51,454 bases of DNA from Candidatus Pelearchaeum maunauluense. GTDB lineage: Archaea; Thermoproteota; Nitrososphaeria_A; Caldarchaeales; Caldarchaeaceae. The notes beneath the pieces were generated by a model, which had not been told where the DNA came from, did no database searches, and worked only from the letters and a program-made list of their open reading frames with translations. The number at the start of each line of letters is the position of its first letter. Position 1 is the stretch's first letter. A program made the position numbers and the translations under genes. The stretch is taken from NCBI GenBank assembly GCA_030059675.1, contig JANVYQ010000011.1, forward strand, positions 1 to 51,454. The letters run 5' to 3'. This document shows positions 19,412 to 28,563 of this stretch, piece after piece.

Positions 19412-19687
19412 TCAAACCTCATCAAAAATATCCTTATTGTCCTCAAGTATCTGCGAGGGAAAATAAACCACGTTATACCTTAGTCCCTCTGCTGTTATAA
19501 GCCCGTGGGCGGCTAGAATCTCTATGTGGTGTTTTATCGTTTTGTAGTCCATGCCAAGACGCTCCGCCAATTGGTTTATATTGGCAGGTTCTTTCATCAG
19601 CTCCCTTACCAGCCTAGCCCTAGTAGAGCCTCCGCGGGAAGCTATTAAGAGATACCAGAAAAGATTGCGGAGCGCCCTCTCAGCCAA
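19412..19687 (-). CDS. ArsR-like winged-helix regulator
   Basis: WYLLIASRGGSTRARL, PANINQLAERLGMDYKTIKHHI motifs. Confidence 0.85.
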   Translation of the reverse strand: MAERALRNLFWYLLIASRGGSTRARLVRELMKEPANINQLAERLGMDYKTIKHHIEILAAHGLITAEGLRYNVVYFPSQILEDNKDIFDEV

Positions 19688-19775
19688 CTTCGCAACGTCA
19701 TTAGAGTTATTTCAGCGTATTTGACTCTTTCACCAAAATAAAGGAAGTGATTTATTGCGCATCACCAGCTCGTTG

Positions 19776-20633
19776 CTACATCCCAGAAATCTTAAACTTC
19801 ACTAGAACGACCTTATCGTCCAGCTTGACGGGCCCGTCTGGTCCTGGAAAGTCGTAAACGCCGTCGCCGTTGTCGTAGTGCAGCATCGCTATAAGCTCCT
19901 CCTGTCCCTCATAGCCCTCAACACGTATAGGTACGCGTATATTCTGCCCCACCAGCAAGCCAGAGTTCCCAATCACAGGCCCAGGCTTGCCCTCCTCTGT
20001 AACTAGGTGTATAGCCACAAAGCCTGGCTTGTCTAAGAACAGGCCATCTATGATTACTAAGCCGTTCTTAATCTCCTGGTCGCTCACAGCTATGCTGGGC
20101 ATTTCGTTGGTTATTTTGAAGAGCGTTTGGACTATGGCGTTGTTCTTAACGACTGGCTTGTCGGGGCCTGGGAACGAATACATTCCATCCCCATCGTCAT
20201 AATGTAGCATGGCGTAGAGCTCTCCTCTCCCCTGATAGTTCTGGAGGCTTATCCTAACATCTTGATGGACTCCCTCTTGTAGTAGTTCTGAACGGCCGCT
20301 AACCATGCCTGGCTTGCCTTCAAGGGTTACGATGTGTATGACCACGTAGCCTGGCTTGTCCAGATATACGGTCTTAACGGTTATCGTATCATTTTCTACC
20401 GCCTGATTTGGAACTACCACGCTGGGTATCGTCTCCATCATCGTAGGCTCTTCCATCATGGTTACTGTTGTGGTCATCATAGCTTCAACGGTCGTTGTAA
20501 CCTCGCGTGTAACCGTCTCTGTTACGGGCTGGAGAGCTGTGGAACCCGCACCGTATCCCGCTAGAACACCAACAACAAGCGCAACTATTATCGCGGCTAT
20601 GGCTATGGATGTTGATAATCCCCTAATAGACCA
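19776..20633 (-). CDS. Surface protein with N-terminal anchor, Thr-rich linker and two repeated His-containing beta domains (DUF7282-like)
   Basis: Duplicated LDKPG(Y/F)VxIH...EL(Y/I)AMLHYDxGDGxYxFPGPD. Confidence 0.8.
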   Translation of the reverse strand, partial: WSIRGLSTSIAIAAIIVALVVGVLAGYGAGSTALQPVTETVTREVTTTVEAMMTTTVTMMEEPTMMETIPSVVVPNQAVENDTITVKTVYLDKPGYVVIHIVTLEGKPGMVSGRSELLQEGVHQDVRISLQNYQGRGELYAMLHYDDGDGMYSFPGPDKPVVKNNAIVQTLFKITNEMPSIAVSDQEIKNGLVIIDGLFLDKPGFVAIHLVTEEGKPGPVIGNSGLLVGQNIRVPIRVEGYEGQEELIAMLHYDNGDGVYDFPGPDGPVKLDDKVVLVKFKISGM

Positions 20634-20740
20634 CATACCGGCATAACGATATTGAGGTAATTTAGCAGATTCTCCAAATAGGCCCCTAATAATTCCCAGA
20701 TTACTACCCAAAGTATTCTAATTCCAGCACATCAAACACT

Positions 20741-21169
20741 GTGCGAGCTGGTTTGACTGGCCCAGCTTTCGGAAAGCTCTTACTTGAAGGCGCATACGTA
20801 AAAATTAGGCGCAACACCAGTGTTGAGACCTTGGAGGATGCGGAGGTGTATATCCATGTTAAAGGCTATGCGCTCGCCCGCGTTACGCATCTTGACATAG
20901 AGCACGGGGCTCTTAACGGCCTTATAGCTGGTAAGGGAGGGTTCTTCACGGTTAAGGGAGTAGATGGCGGCGGTGTATTGATAATCCTTGATAAAAACCT
21001 CAGAGTTGAGGTCAGACATCCATTACTTATAAAGGTCATCACACCTGGCATGATTACGCGGACATGGGTAGGCCAGAAACAAGATGGGATATACGTGGGG
21101 TTTAGAAGGGAGCAGGTGAGGGCTCTGGAAGAGATAGCGCGCCAGGTATATGGGATAGAGCCAGCATGA
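20741..21169 (+). CDS. Hypothetical protein
   Basis: 142-aa ORF with core-like codon usage; start uncertain. Confidence 0.65.
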   Translation: MRAGLTGPAFGKLLLEGAYVKIRRNTSVETLEDAEVYIHVKGYALARVTHLDIEHGALNGLIAGKGGFFTVKGVDGGGVLIILDKNLRVEVRHPLLIKVITPGMITRTWVGQKQDGIYVGFRREQVRALEEIARQVYGIEPA

Positions 21170-21216
21170 TAGTAAAACGGGAAAAGGGTTTATAGAGTGT
21201 CTGATGTATATCCTGG

Positions 21217-21792
21217 TTGTCTGCCTTGTCGCTACATGGCGATGAGCAGGTCTATCTAGTCCTTGACTGCTGGAGGCGTGTCTTCTCTCTAAGAACCTTA
21301 GGAGGAGGTGTGCGGCGCTACTTCTTAATCTTCAGCGAGAGGCGCCTGATAGAGCTGGAGACAAGCCACGTAGCTAACGTCCTCCCCTCAGAATCATCTC
21401 TCGCCAGATATATGGGAAGCACCTACAACGACCCCTATCGTACCTCTTCTGGGGAGCAGTAGAGATAATCATCCAAGAAACGCTGAACACCCGCGAGAAA
21501 GCGGAGCAACATGACGCATTAATAGCATCTCTCAGCCAACAGAAGCTATCATATATCCTAACATTCATCAAGAACACGCTAAAGAATAAGCTCAAAATCC
21601 ATAAGATTGAAGAGAGGATAACAGCATACTACTATGAGGTTGAATCTCCTAAAGTAAAGGTCTCTGGCTCTACTGTGGAGTTGGAGATGCGTATAAGAGG
21701 TAAAAACATAAAATATTACGCGCCTTTTAGCTCGCGGGAGAGAGCCGCCGAAGCAGCCCAAAAACTCAAGACGATTCTCAACAGAAGCTAAG
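21217..21792 (+). pseudogene. Disrupted hypothetical gene
   Basis: ORF 21217-21462 continues past TAG and frameshifts to about 21790. Confidence 0.35.
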
Positions 21793-21865
21793 TGAGCTGT
21801 GGGAAGACCTCCATAAGGTTAAATCCCACTTAGCAACCTCACCAGCCAGGTAGGTAAACGAGCGA

Positions 21866-21950
21866 GCTGGGGTTCCCTAGCCCGGTATGGGGGTGGCCTG
21901 CTAAGCCACTGGCCCAAAAGGCCGCGCGGGTTCAAATCCCGCCCCCAGCG
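21866..21950 (+). tRNA. tRNA-Ser(GCT)
   Basis: Acceptor GCTGGGG/CCCCAGC; anticodon arm GTGGC-CTGCTAA-GCCAC; long variable arm; GCGGG-TTCAAAT-CCCGC; no encoded CCA. Confidence 0.95.
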
Positions 21951-21960
21951 TCTTCAGCAT

Positions 21961-22821
21961 TCACATATTAGTAAGTAGAGTGTATGCAGCCCTGTACAGC
22001 CTGTTCATACCTCTGTAATTTTCGCGGATAATCTCCTGTTGCTGCTTTATGTATGGTGTTTTCTTTAACAGTTTTTGGATTGTTCTCGTGTATTGTTGGT
22101 ATGCCTGTTTGGTGTATGGGTTCTCTTTTATTATCTGTGTTAGGAGTGTTGGTGATTCGTTGAGTAGTGTTGATGCTGCTAGGAGTAGTAGTTTTTGGGA
22201 TGTGGTTTGTGGGATGTTTCTGTATGGTTGCCAGCATTTGAGGAGGGCGAGTAGTGAGAGGCGTGTGAGTGCCATTAAGTAAGCCATGGCGCGGTCGTGC
22301 TCCCGTATGTTCATCACAATCACACGAGCCCACGGAAAGAGGGAACGTAGAACCCGTTTCTCGCGCACTGCATCTCTAAGCGGCGTCAATACGATGGTTT
22401 TTTCCATCCGCTTCCCCGCGCCTGGACCAAAGAGTGGATGAAGCAGCAAGACAGTATTCCCCGTCTTCTTCAGTTGGGGCATGATTCGCGCGAGTGGGGC
22501 TTTAACCGAGGATAGCTCAACTACAATTGTTGAGCTACTTATTGTTTTTAAGACCTGTTTTATTGTGTTTGGTGTCTCGCTTATTGGGACGGCGATGATT
22601 ACGGCATCAACGTCCTTTAAGGCGTTTTCTATGCTTTGGGTTGATGCGCATCCTATGCGTCGTGCAGCTCTTGTGGCGTTTTTCCTCTCCTTATCAAATA
22701 GCACTATCCTGTGGCCTTGCTTCTTTAGGTCTTGTGCGAACCAGCAGCCCATCGCGCCTGCTCCGATGATGGCTATCCTCAACCACCGCAGCACCTCTCT
22801 AGAGTATTTTCCTAACCACAC
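21961..22821 (-). CDS. tyrA: Prephenate/arogenate dehydrogenase
   Basis: IIGAGAMG, IAVPI, ELSSVK, LHPLFGP and EHDRAMA motifs. Confidence 0.9.
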   Translation of the reverse strand: MWLGKYSREVLRWLRIAIIGAGAMGCWFAQDLKKQGHRIVLFDKERKNATRAARRIGCASTQSIENALKDVDAVIIAVPISETPNTIKQVLKTISSSTIVVELSSVKAPLARIMPQLKKTGNTVLLLHPLFGPGAGKRMEKTIVLTPLRDAVREKRVLRSLFPWARVIVMNIREHDRAMAYLMALTRLSLLALLKCWQPYRNIPQTTSQKLLLLAASTLLNESPTLLTQIIKENPYTKQAYQQYTRTIQKLLKKTPYIKQQQEIIRENYRGMNRLYRAAYTLLTNM

Positions 22822-22878
22822 TTAACTTATCTAAGTTATTCGGAGACCTTATCTCCATCCGATTAACAGCTTCTAAAC

Positions 22879-23826
22879 ATGCGCGAGAGTATTCTATACC
22901 TGCTGGTGGGCGCTGGCTCGTTTGTCCAAGCTGGCTCAGGGTGGTGGGATGTGTTCTCTCATAGGATTGAGTTTGTGGATTTTGACCCCTGGTGGAACCC
23001 CGCGCACACGGGGCTTTACGCTGGGGCGCTCCTGATACTCCTGGCTGTGCTACGCGCATCAAAGACTGGCACAAGCTATGCGTGGCTGCATGCAATCAAG
23101 GCGGCGGCTTTATTGCAGCTCGTAGCGGGAGGCCTAAATGAGGTTGTCCATAGAGTCCCCAGCTTGGAGGCGTATCTGGATTTTACGGTTCATTCACTAT
23201 TCACTCTGGGGATGCTTATCATTGCACTCACGCTCTTTACTGGATTATCCATCCACTCCACGCTTGTAGGTAGGATGCATGGTGCCGTGATTGCTGCGCT
23301 CATACTCTCTGGGGGCTCCCTCTGGCTGGTCTCCTCTGGCTCGGTCATGTATCTATTCAGCAGCAACCCAGCGTTTGTACTCGCTCTCCTCGCTTTCATC
23401 TCCTCCACGATAACGATAACGGCGGTTAGCGCTGTTGGTGCTGCGGGAGTCTCATTCCTGGTTTGGCTTGCTTATGTAGCTGCCGTCTATGCGGTGTTTG
23501 TGGGCTACGCTGGGGAGCCGCCATATATACCACTCGGAGTAGCTTCTGTAATCGCCGCAGAAGCAGCAATCCGTGTAGCCGCGCGCAAGCATAGAGAGGT
23601 TTTAGGCATGTTTATTGGTGGTGCGCTGCTTGGAGCGGCGCTGCGCCTAACATACTACCCGCTAACGGAATATTATTACAGGCTCTACGGCGGTGGTGTG
23701 GATTTCCTCGCGGCAGGGTTATTGGGCGGTTTGGCTGGCAACATACTCATAATGGTCGGTGGGAAGATTCTCATAGAACGGGGAGTTTTACCATATCCAC
23801 ATGAAAGCGGGAGGAGAGCTATGTAA
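22879..23826 (+). CDS. Multi-pass membrane protein with WDxxxH...H motif
   Basis: About 9 TM segments; WWDVFSH-x14-H. Confidence 0.75.
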   Translation: MRESILYLLVGAGSFVQAGSGWWDVFSHRIEFVDFDPWWNPAHTGLYAGALLILLAVLRASKTGTSYAWLHAIKAAALLQLVAGGLNEVVHRVPSLEAYLDFTVHSLFTLGMLIIALTLFTGLSIHSTLVGRMHGAVIAALILSGGSLWLVSSGSVMYLFSSNPAFVLALLAFISSTITITAVSAVGAAGVSFLVWLAYVAAVYAVFVGYAGEPPYIPLGVASVIAAEAAIRVAARKHREVLGMFIGGALLGAALRLTYYPLTEYYYRLYGGGVDFLAAGLLGGLAGNILIMVGGKILIERGVLPYPHESGRRAM

Positions 23827-25225
23827 GCCCCTTCTCATCCAGATACTCCTTCACACGCCTGATTCCCTCTGCTATATCCTCCTCAGAAGCGCCTAGTGAG
23901 ATTCTAACGTATTGTGGATAATCTCCAAATGCTGTTCCAGGAGCTAGGCCGACGTTCTTGCTCTCAAGTAGGTTCATGGCGAATTCTGTTGTATCCAGTC
24001 CCTCTATGTTGAATCGCGGGAATACATACATGCCGCCCTCTGGCTTATGGTATGATGCTGGCAACTTCTCCAGCTCTCGCACTGCTACCTCCATCCTGCG
24101 GCGCATTATCTCCGCATAACGCCTAGCCTCGTCGGCTAGCTCTAGAGCCTTCATTCCAGCCAGCTGGACAAACTCTGGAACACAGGTTATTATGAGCGAC
24201 ATGACCTGAGCCATCCTTGAGACAACCTCAGCATCGGAGACTGCGAAGCCCATCCTGTAGCCAGTCATGCCCCAACTCTTGGAGAACGAGGATATGAGCA
24301 CATACTTAACATCCCCCTCTTGCTGTAGTACTGAGACATGCTCACCGTTAAAGCTATAGTCTGCATATACCTCGTCGCTTATGACGTATATTCCATACTC
24401 GCGTGCTATGTCAACTAGCTTTTGGAATGCTTCGCGGCTTATCACCCTGCCCGTTGGGTTGTTGGGGTAGTTTAGTACTATTGCGCGGGTTGCTGGGGTT
24501 ATCTTCTCCTCCACCTCCTCCGGCCTGGGCGTCCACGCGTCTTCCAGCCTGGTCTTTACACGCACAGGCCGCGCTCCTATGAACTCTGCGCACTGGGCAT
24601 ACATGGGCCATGAAGGGTCTATGATTATTATCTCATCACCCAGCGATGCGAGGCTCTTCATAGCCAGGTATACCGCGAACCTCCCGCCTGGTGAGACGAC
24701 TATGTTCTCCGGGTTTACCCCTGCTCCGAAGCGCGTCTCTAGGTATTGGGATATTTTCTTCCTTAGCTGTGGAAGCCCTTTGGCGTCGCTGTAACGTGCA
24801 TAGCCTTCGCGTATTGCTTGTATTGCTGCGTCGGCAACTTGTTGGGGAGCTCCCAAGTCTGGCTCGCCCACCTCTAGGCGGATGACCTTCCTACCCTGTC
24901 TCTCCAGCTCTTTAGCGCGGCGGAAAATATCAAAATGAGTTATCTGCTTCCCTTTCTTATGCTCCTGAACCTTGACGGACTCATTAAACATTAGCGTGGC
25001 TATCTTATTCACTAGGGCCTCGGATAGGTTGTTTGCCCGTGCCTCCTCAATCATGGCGCGTCTAAGCTCATGCTCTGCGCCACTCTGAACAATCTCTATA
25101 CCAAGCTGCTTCTTCAGCTCGCCTACACGTCTGGCGAGTTCTGCTCTACGGGCTAGAAGCCTAATGACCTCAACTGACACGGACTTAAGCTCTTCGCGGA
25201 GCTTCTCCAGCTCTTCGCCGCTCAT
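23819..25225 (-). CDS. Chorismate mutase (AroQ-type) fused to class I/II aminotransferase
   Basis: N-terminal LREEL...LLARRAELARRVGELKK; then GEPD, NYPNNPTG, SDEVY and SFSKSWGMTGYRMG. Confidence 0.9.
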   Translation of the reverse strand: MSGEELEKLREELKSVSVEVIRLLARRAELARRVGELKKQLGIEIVQSGAEHELRRAMIEEARANNLSEALVNKIATLMFNESVKVQEHKKGKQITHFDIFRRAKELERQGRKVIRLEVGEPDLGAPQQVADAAIQAIREGYARYSDAKGLPQLRKKISQYLETRFGAGVNPENIVVSPGGRFAVYLAMKSLASLGDEIIIIDPSWPMYAQCAEFIGARPVRVKTRLEDAWTPRPEEVEEKITPATRAIVLNYPNNPTGRVISREAFQKLVDIAREYGIYVISDEVYADYSFNGEHVSVLQQEGDVKYVLISSFSKSWGMTGYRMGFAVSDAEVVSRMAQVMSLIITCVPEFVQLAGMKALELADEARRYAEIMRRRMEVAVRELEKLPASYHKPEGGMYVFPRFNIEGLDTTEFAMNLLESKNVGLAPGTAFGDYPQYVRISLGASEEDIAEGIRRVKEYLDEKGLT

Positions 25226-25406
25226 CTCCAGCAACGCTAAGACGCCTCCTCATAAGCGTTATCAGCTAATAAAAATGGTCAAGCATCCGCAACCTGATTG
25301 ACACACCCCCCTAAAGCCGCTGGCGTTATACGACGTTGACGCCTAAGGTTTTTAAGTAGCGTGGGGCGTAGGTTGTGGATTAGGCGGGCAAGGAGGTGTT
25401 CATGCA

Positions 25407-25718
25407 ATGCCGCAGATGGTCAGGATTAAGCTGACGAGCACAAAGCTGGAGAAGCTGGAGCAGGTATGCGCCGAGATTAAGGACATAGCGGAGAAGACAG
25501 GGACGCGCCTTTCGGGGCCAGTTCCACTACCAGTGAAGAGGCTCGTCCTGCCTGTGAGAAAATCACCATGCGGCGAGGGCACCAAGACCTGGCGAAAACA
25601 CGAGATGCGGATACATAGACGGCTCATAGACCTGGGAATATCAGACCAACGCGTAATGCGCCAGATAATGCGCATCCAGATACCAGATGACGTAAGCGTA
25701 GAGATGACCGTAAGATGA
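25407..25718 (+). CDS. rps10: 30S ribosomal protein S10 (uS10)
   Basis: GPVPLP, RKSPCGEGTKTW and MRIHRRLID motifs. Confidence 0.97.
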   Translation: MPQMVRIKLTSTKLEKLEQVCAEIKDIAEKTGTRLSGPVPLPVKRLVLPVRKSPCGEGTKTWRKHEMRIHRRLIDLGISDQRVMRQIMRIQIPDDVSVEMTVR

Positions 25719-25777
25719 AACACGTAACAAAAGAAAAGAATAAAGAATTTGATTATTAAATGCTTGGGAGATTTCTC

Positions 25778-27073
25778 TCATGCTTGTTCTGTTATCTCTT
25801 TGACGACGCCTGCAGCAACCGTCATGCCGCTGTCGCGTATGGCGAATCGTCCCAGGTCAGGTGATTTGCTGTACGGCTCAAGAGCTATCGGGTTGAGTGG
25901 CCGCAGCTTAACCACCGCAACATCACCAGTCTTGATGAATGATGGGTTCTTCTCAACGACCTGGCCAGTCCGCGGGTCCATCTTCTGCAATATCTCCACG
26001 AACTTTACCGCTGTCTGGGCTGTGTGTATGTGCATGACTGGCGTGTAGCCTACTGCTATCGCTGTTGGGTGGTATATCACGACTATCTGGGCTAGTATCT
26101 CCCTGGCAACTGGGCATGGGTTATCAGGATGGCATACAACCATCCCCCTGGCTAGCTGGCTCTTCTCAACACCCTTCAGGGCGAAGCCGATGTTATCGCC
26201 TGGCACGGCCTGGGGCAGAGGCGAGTGGTGCATCTCTATGCTCTTCACCTCAGCCTTCACGCCTGCGGGCTGTATGAGAACCACATCACCAGCCTTGAGG
26301 ACGCCTGTCTCAACCCTCCCAACAGGCACGGTGCCAACGCCCTTGATTGAATAGACCGCCTGGATAGGTATCCTCAGCGGCTTATCAATCGGCTTAGGCG
26401 GCTCCTGCAGCTGGTCTAGAGCCTCCTGAACAGTAGGCCCATTATACCAGGGCATGTTCTGGCTCTTCTCCACCAGGTTGTCGCCGAGCCAGCCTGAAAC
26501 AGGTATGAAGGGTATCTTGCTCACGTCGTAGCCGATGGTCTTAAGCAGGTCGCTCACACCCTGCTTAACCTCCTCATAACGCTCCTTGGACCAATTCACG
26601 GTCTGGTCGTCCATCTTGTTAACCAGCACCACCAGCTGCTTGATCCCCAGCAGGAACGCTAGATACGCGTGCTCGCGCGTCTGACCGCCTGGGGCTATGC
26701 CGACCTCAAACTCGCCCTTCTTGGTAGAGACCACCAGAATAGCCGCATCCGCCTGACTAGCGCCAGTAATCATGTTCTTGACAAAGTCGCGATGACCTGG
26801 TGCGTCGATAAGCGTGAAGAAGAACTTCTTGGTCTCAAACTTCTGGAAAGCCAGGTCTATGGTAAGACCGCGCTCACGCTCCTCCTTAATCCTGTCCAGA
26901 ACCCAGGCGTACTTGAAGGTCTCCTTCCCCATCCTCTTGGCCTCCTCCTCGAACTGCGCCAGCGTACGCTCGTCAATGGCACCCAGCTTATACAGGAAGT
27001 GCCCCATCGTCGTGCTCTTCCCGTGATCTACATGGCCTATTACTACTAGGTTAAGGTGAGGCTTCCCCGACAT
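25778..27073 (-). CDS. tuf: Translation elongation factor EF-1alpha
   Basis: MSGKPHLNLVVIGHVDHGKST, ERERGLTID, DAPGHRDF, NKMD; start at ATG 27073. Confidence 0.98.
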   Translation of the reverse strand: MSGKPHLNLVVIGHVDHGKSTTMGHFLYKLGAIDERTLAQFEEEAKRMGKETFKYAWVLDRIKEERERGLTIDLAFQKFETKKFFFTLIDAPGHRDFVKNMITGASQADAAILVVSTKKGEFEVGIAPGGQTREHAYLAFLLGIKQLVVLVNKMDDQTVNWSKERYEEVKQGVSDLLKTIGYDVSKIPFIPVSGWLGDNLVEKSQNMPWYNGPTVQEALDQLQEPPKPIDKPLRIPIQAVYSIKGVGTVPVGRVETGVLKAGDVVLIQPAGVKAEVKSIEMHHSPLPQAVPGDNIGFALKGVEKSQLARGMVVCHPDNPCPVAREILAQIVVIYHPTAIAVGYTPVMHIHTAQTAVKFVEILQKMDPRTGQVVEKNPSFIKTGDVAVVKLRPLNPIALEPYSKSPDLGRFAIRDSGMTVAAGVVKEITEQA

Positions 27074-27217
27074 GTTAGGAGTCGTTTCTTGATTCTCAAA
27101 TATATACTTAATATTCTTGACGGTTACTATGCGGCTCAGATGGCTGTTTTGGCGGGATTTTGGGCTGCTTGGGTTGCTGATATATATTAGGGCTACATCG
27201 GTGGCTGTTTGGTGGTT

Positions 27218-28429
27218 ATGCTTTTGGCGCAGGGTGCTTTGTCTGGTGTCCGCGTTATTGAGCTCGGTACTGCGATAGCTGCGCCTATGTGTGGTATGCT
27301 GCTGGGCGAGATGGGTGCTGAGGTCATCAAGATAGAGACGCCTGGCCGCGGTGATGATGCGCGCAACTGGGGGGACAAGGTGGGGGGCGAGAGCCTCTAC
27401 TTCTTCCACTACAACAAGAACAAAAAGAGCTGCGCGCTCAACCTCAAGGATGAGCGCGGTAGAGAGGCCCTCAAACGACTAGTGGAGCGGAGCGATGTTC
27501 TTATTGAGAACTTCAGGCCAGGCGTGATGGATAGGCTCGGCCTCTCCTACGAGAAGCTCCGCGAAGTAAATCCACGCCTCATCTACTGCTCTGTCTCAGG
27601 CTTCGGCCAGTGGGGGCCGTATAGCCAGCTCGGAGGGTATGACGTCATTATACAGGGCATGAGCGGCCTTATGTCAATCACAGGCGAGCCTGAAGGCGAG
27701 CCCCTCCGCGTGGGTCTTCCAATAACAGATATACTCGCAGCACTTTACGCGGCCTACTCGGTAGCGCTCACCCTCTTCTGGCGCGAGAAGACTGGCGAGG
27801 GCCAGCGCATAGACATATCGCTCTTTGAAGCTGCGGTGGGGGCTATGGGGCAGTGGATAAGCATCTACTCAGGAACAGGCCGCGTGCCCAAGAGGTTTGG
27901 AAACAGGTATCCGCTAATCTCGCCCTACGAGCCCATAAGGACACGCGACGGCTACGTGATTGTCGCAATAGGGAATGAAGACCTCTGGAGACGTTTCTGC
28001 AAGCTGATTGGCCGCGAAGACCTGGTTTCAGACCCGCGCTTCGCAACCAACCAGGATAGGATAAAGCCTGAGAACAGGCGCGCTCTGCTGGAGATTCTCT
28101 ACTCCGTGATGAGCGGCCGCGACTCGCGGGACTGGCTTAAGGAGCTTTGGAGGGAGGGAATACCCGCTGGCCCTATAAACAGCGTGGATAAGCTGCTGGA
28201 GGATGAGCATCTCCGCGAGAGGAGGATGTTCGTCAATCTCAACCATCCTACGATAGGAAATATAACAGCGGTGAATGTTGTTCCCAAGCTTAGCGCAGCA
28301 GGGGGTAGCGTTAGGGCTCCCTCGCCGCTTCTGGGGCAGCATACCCGCGAGGTCCTAAAACTAGCGGGCTACAGCGACGCTGAGATAGATGAGCTGGTAA
28401 AGGCGGGCGTGGCGCAGGAAGCTGGATAA
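27218..28429 (+). CDS. CaiB/BaiF family III CoA-transferase
   Basis: GAEVIKIE, NKNKKS, ENFRPG, SVSGFGQ and GYDVIIQ motifs. Confidence 0.93.
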   Translation: MLLAQGALSGVRVIELGTAIAAPMCGMLLGEMGAEVIKIETPGRGDDARNWGDKVGGESLYFFHYNKNKKSCALNLKDERGREALKRLVERSDVLIENFRPGVMDRLGLSYEKLREVNPRLIYCSVSGFGQWGPYSQLGGYDVIIQGMSGLMSITGEPEGEPLRVGLPITDILAALYAAYSVALTLFWREKTGEGQRIDISLFEAAVGAMGQWISIYSGTGRVPKRFGNRYPLISPYEPIRTRDGYVIVAIGNEDLWRRFCKLIGREDLVSDPRFATNQDRIKPENRRALLEILYSVMSGRDSRDWLKELWREGIPAGPINSVDKLLEDEHLRERRMFVNLNHPTIGNITAVNVVPKLSAAGGSVRAPSPLLGQHTREVLKLAGYSDAEIDELVKAGVAQEAG

Positions 28430-28563
28430 AGGTTTTAACGTAAGGTCGGAGACGCTAGGCTTAAGAAGAGTCATGAAAAAGTGTTAAAAGGAGGGTTTTT
28501 GGCTTGGGCTGGGGCAAACAAACCAACCACAAGAGAACCCAACAAGAACCGGCGTTTAAGGAT

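Noticed and set aside
27074-27409. 112-aa N-terminal extension of EF-1alpha
   Set aside because: It overlaps the CoA-transferase on the opposite strand; the canonical start MSGKPH is at 27073.
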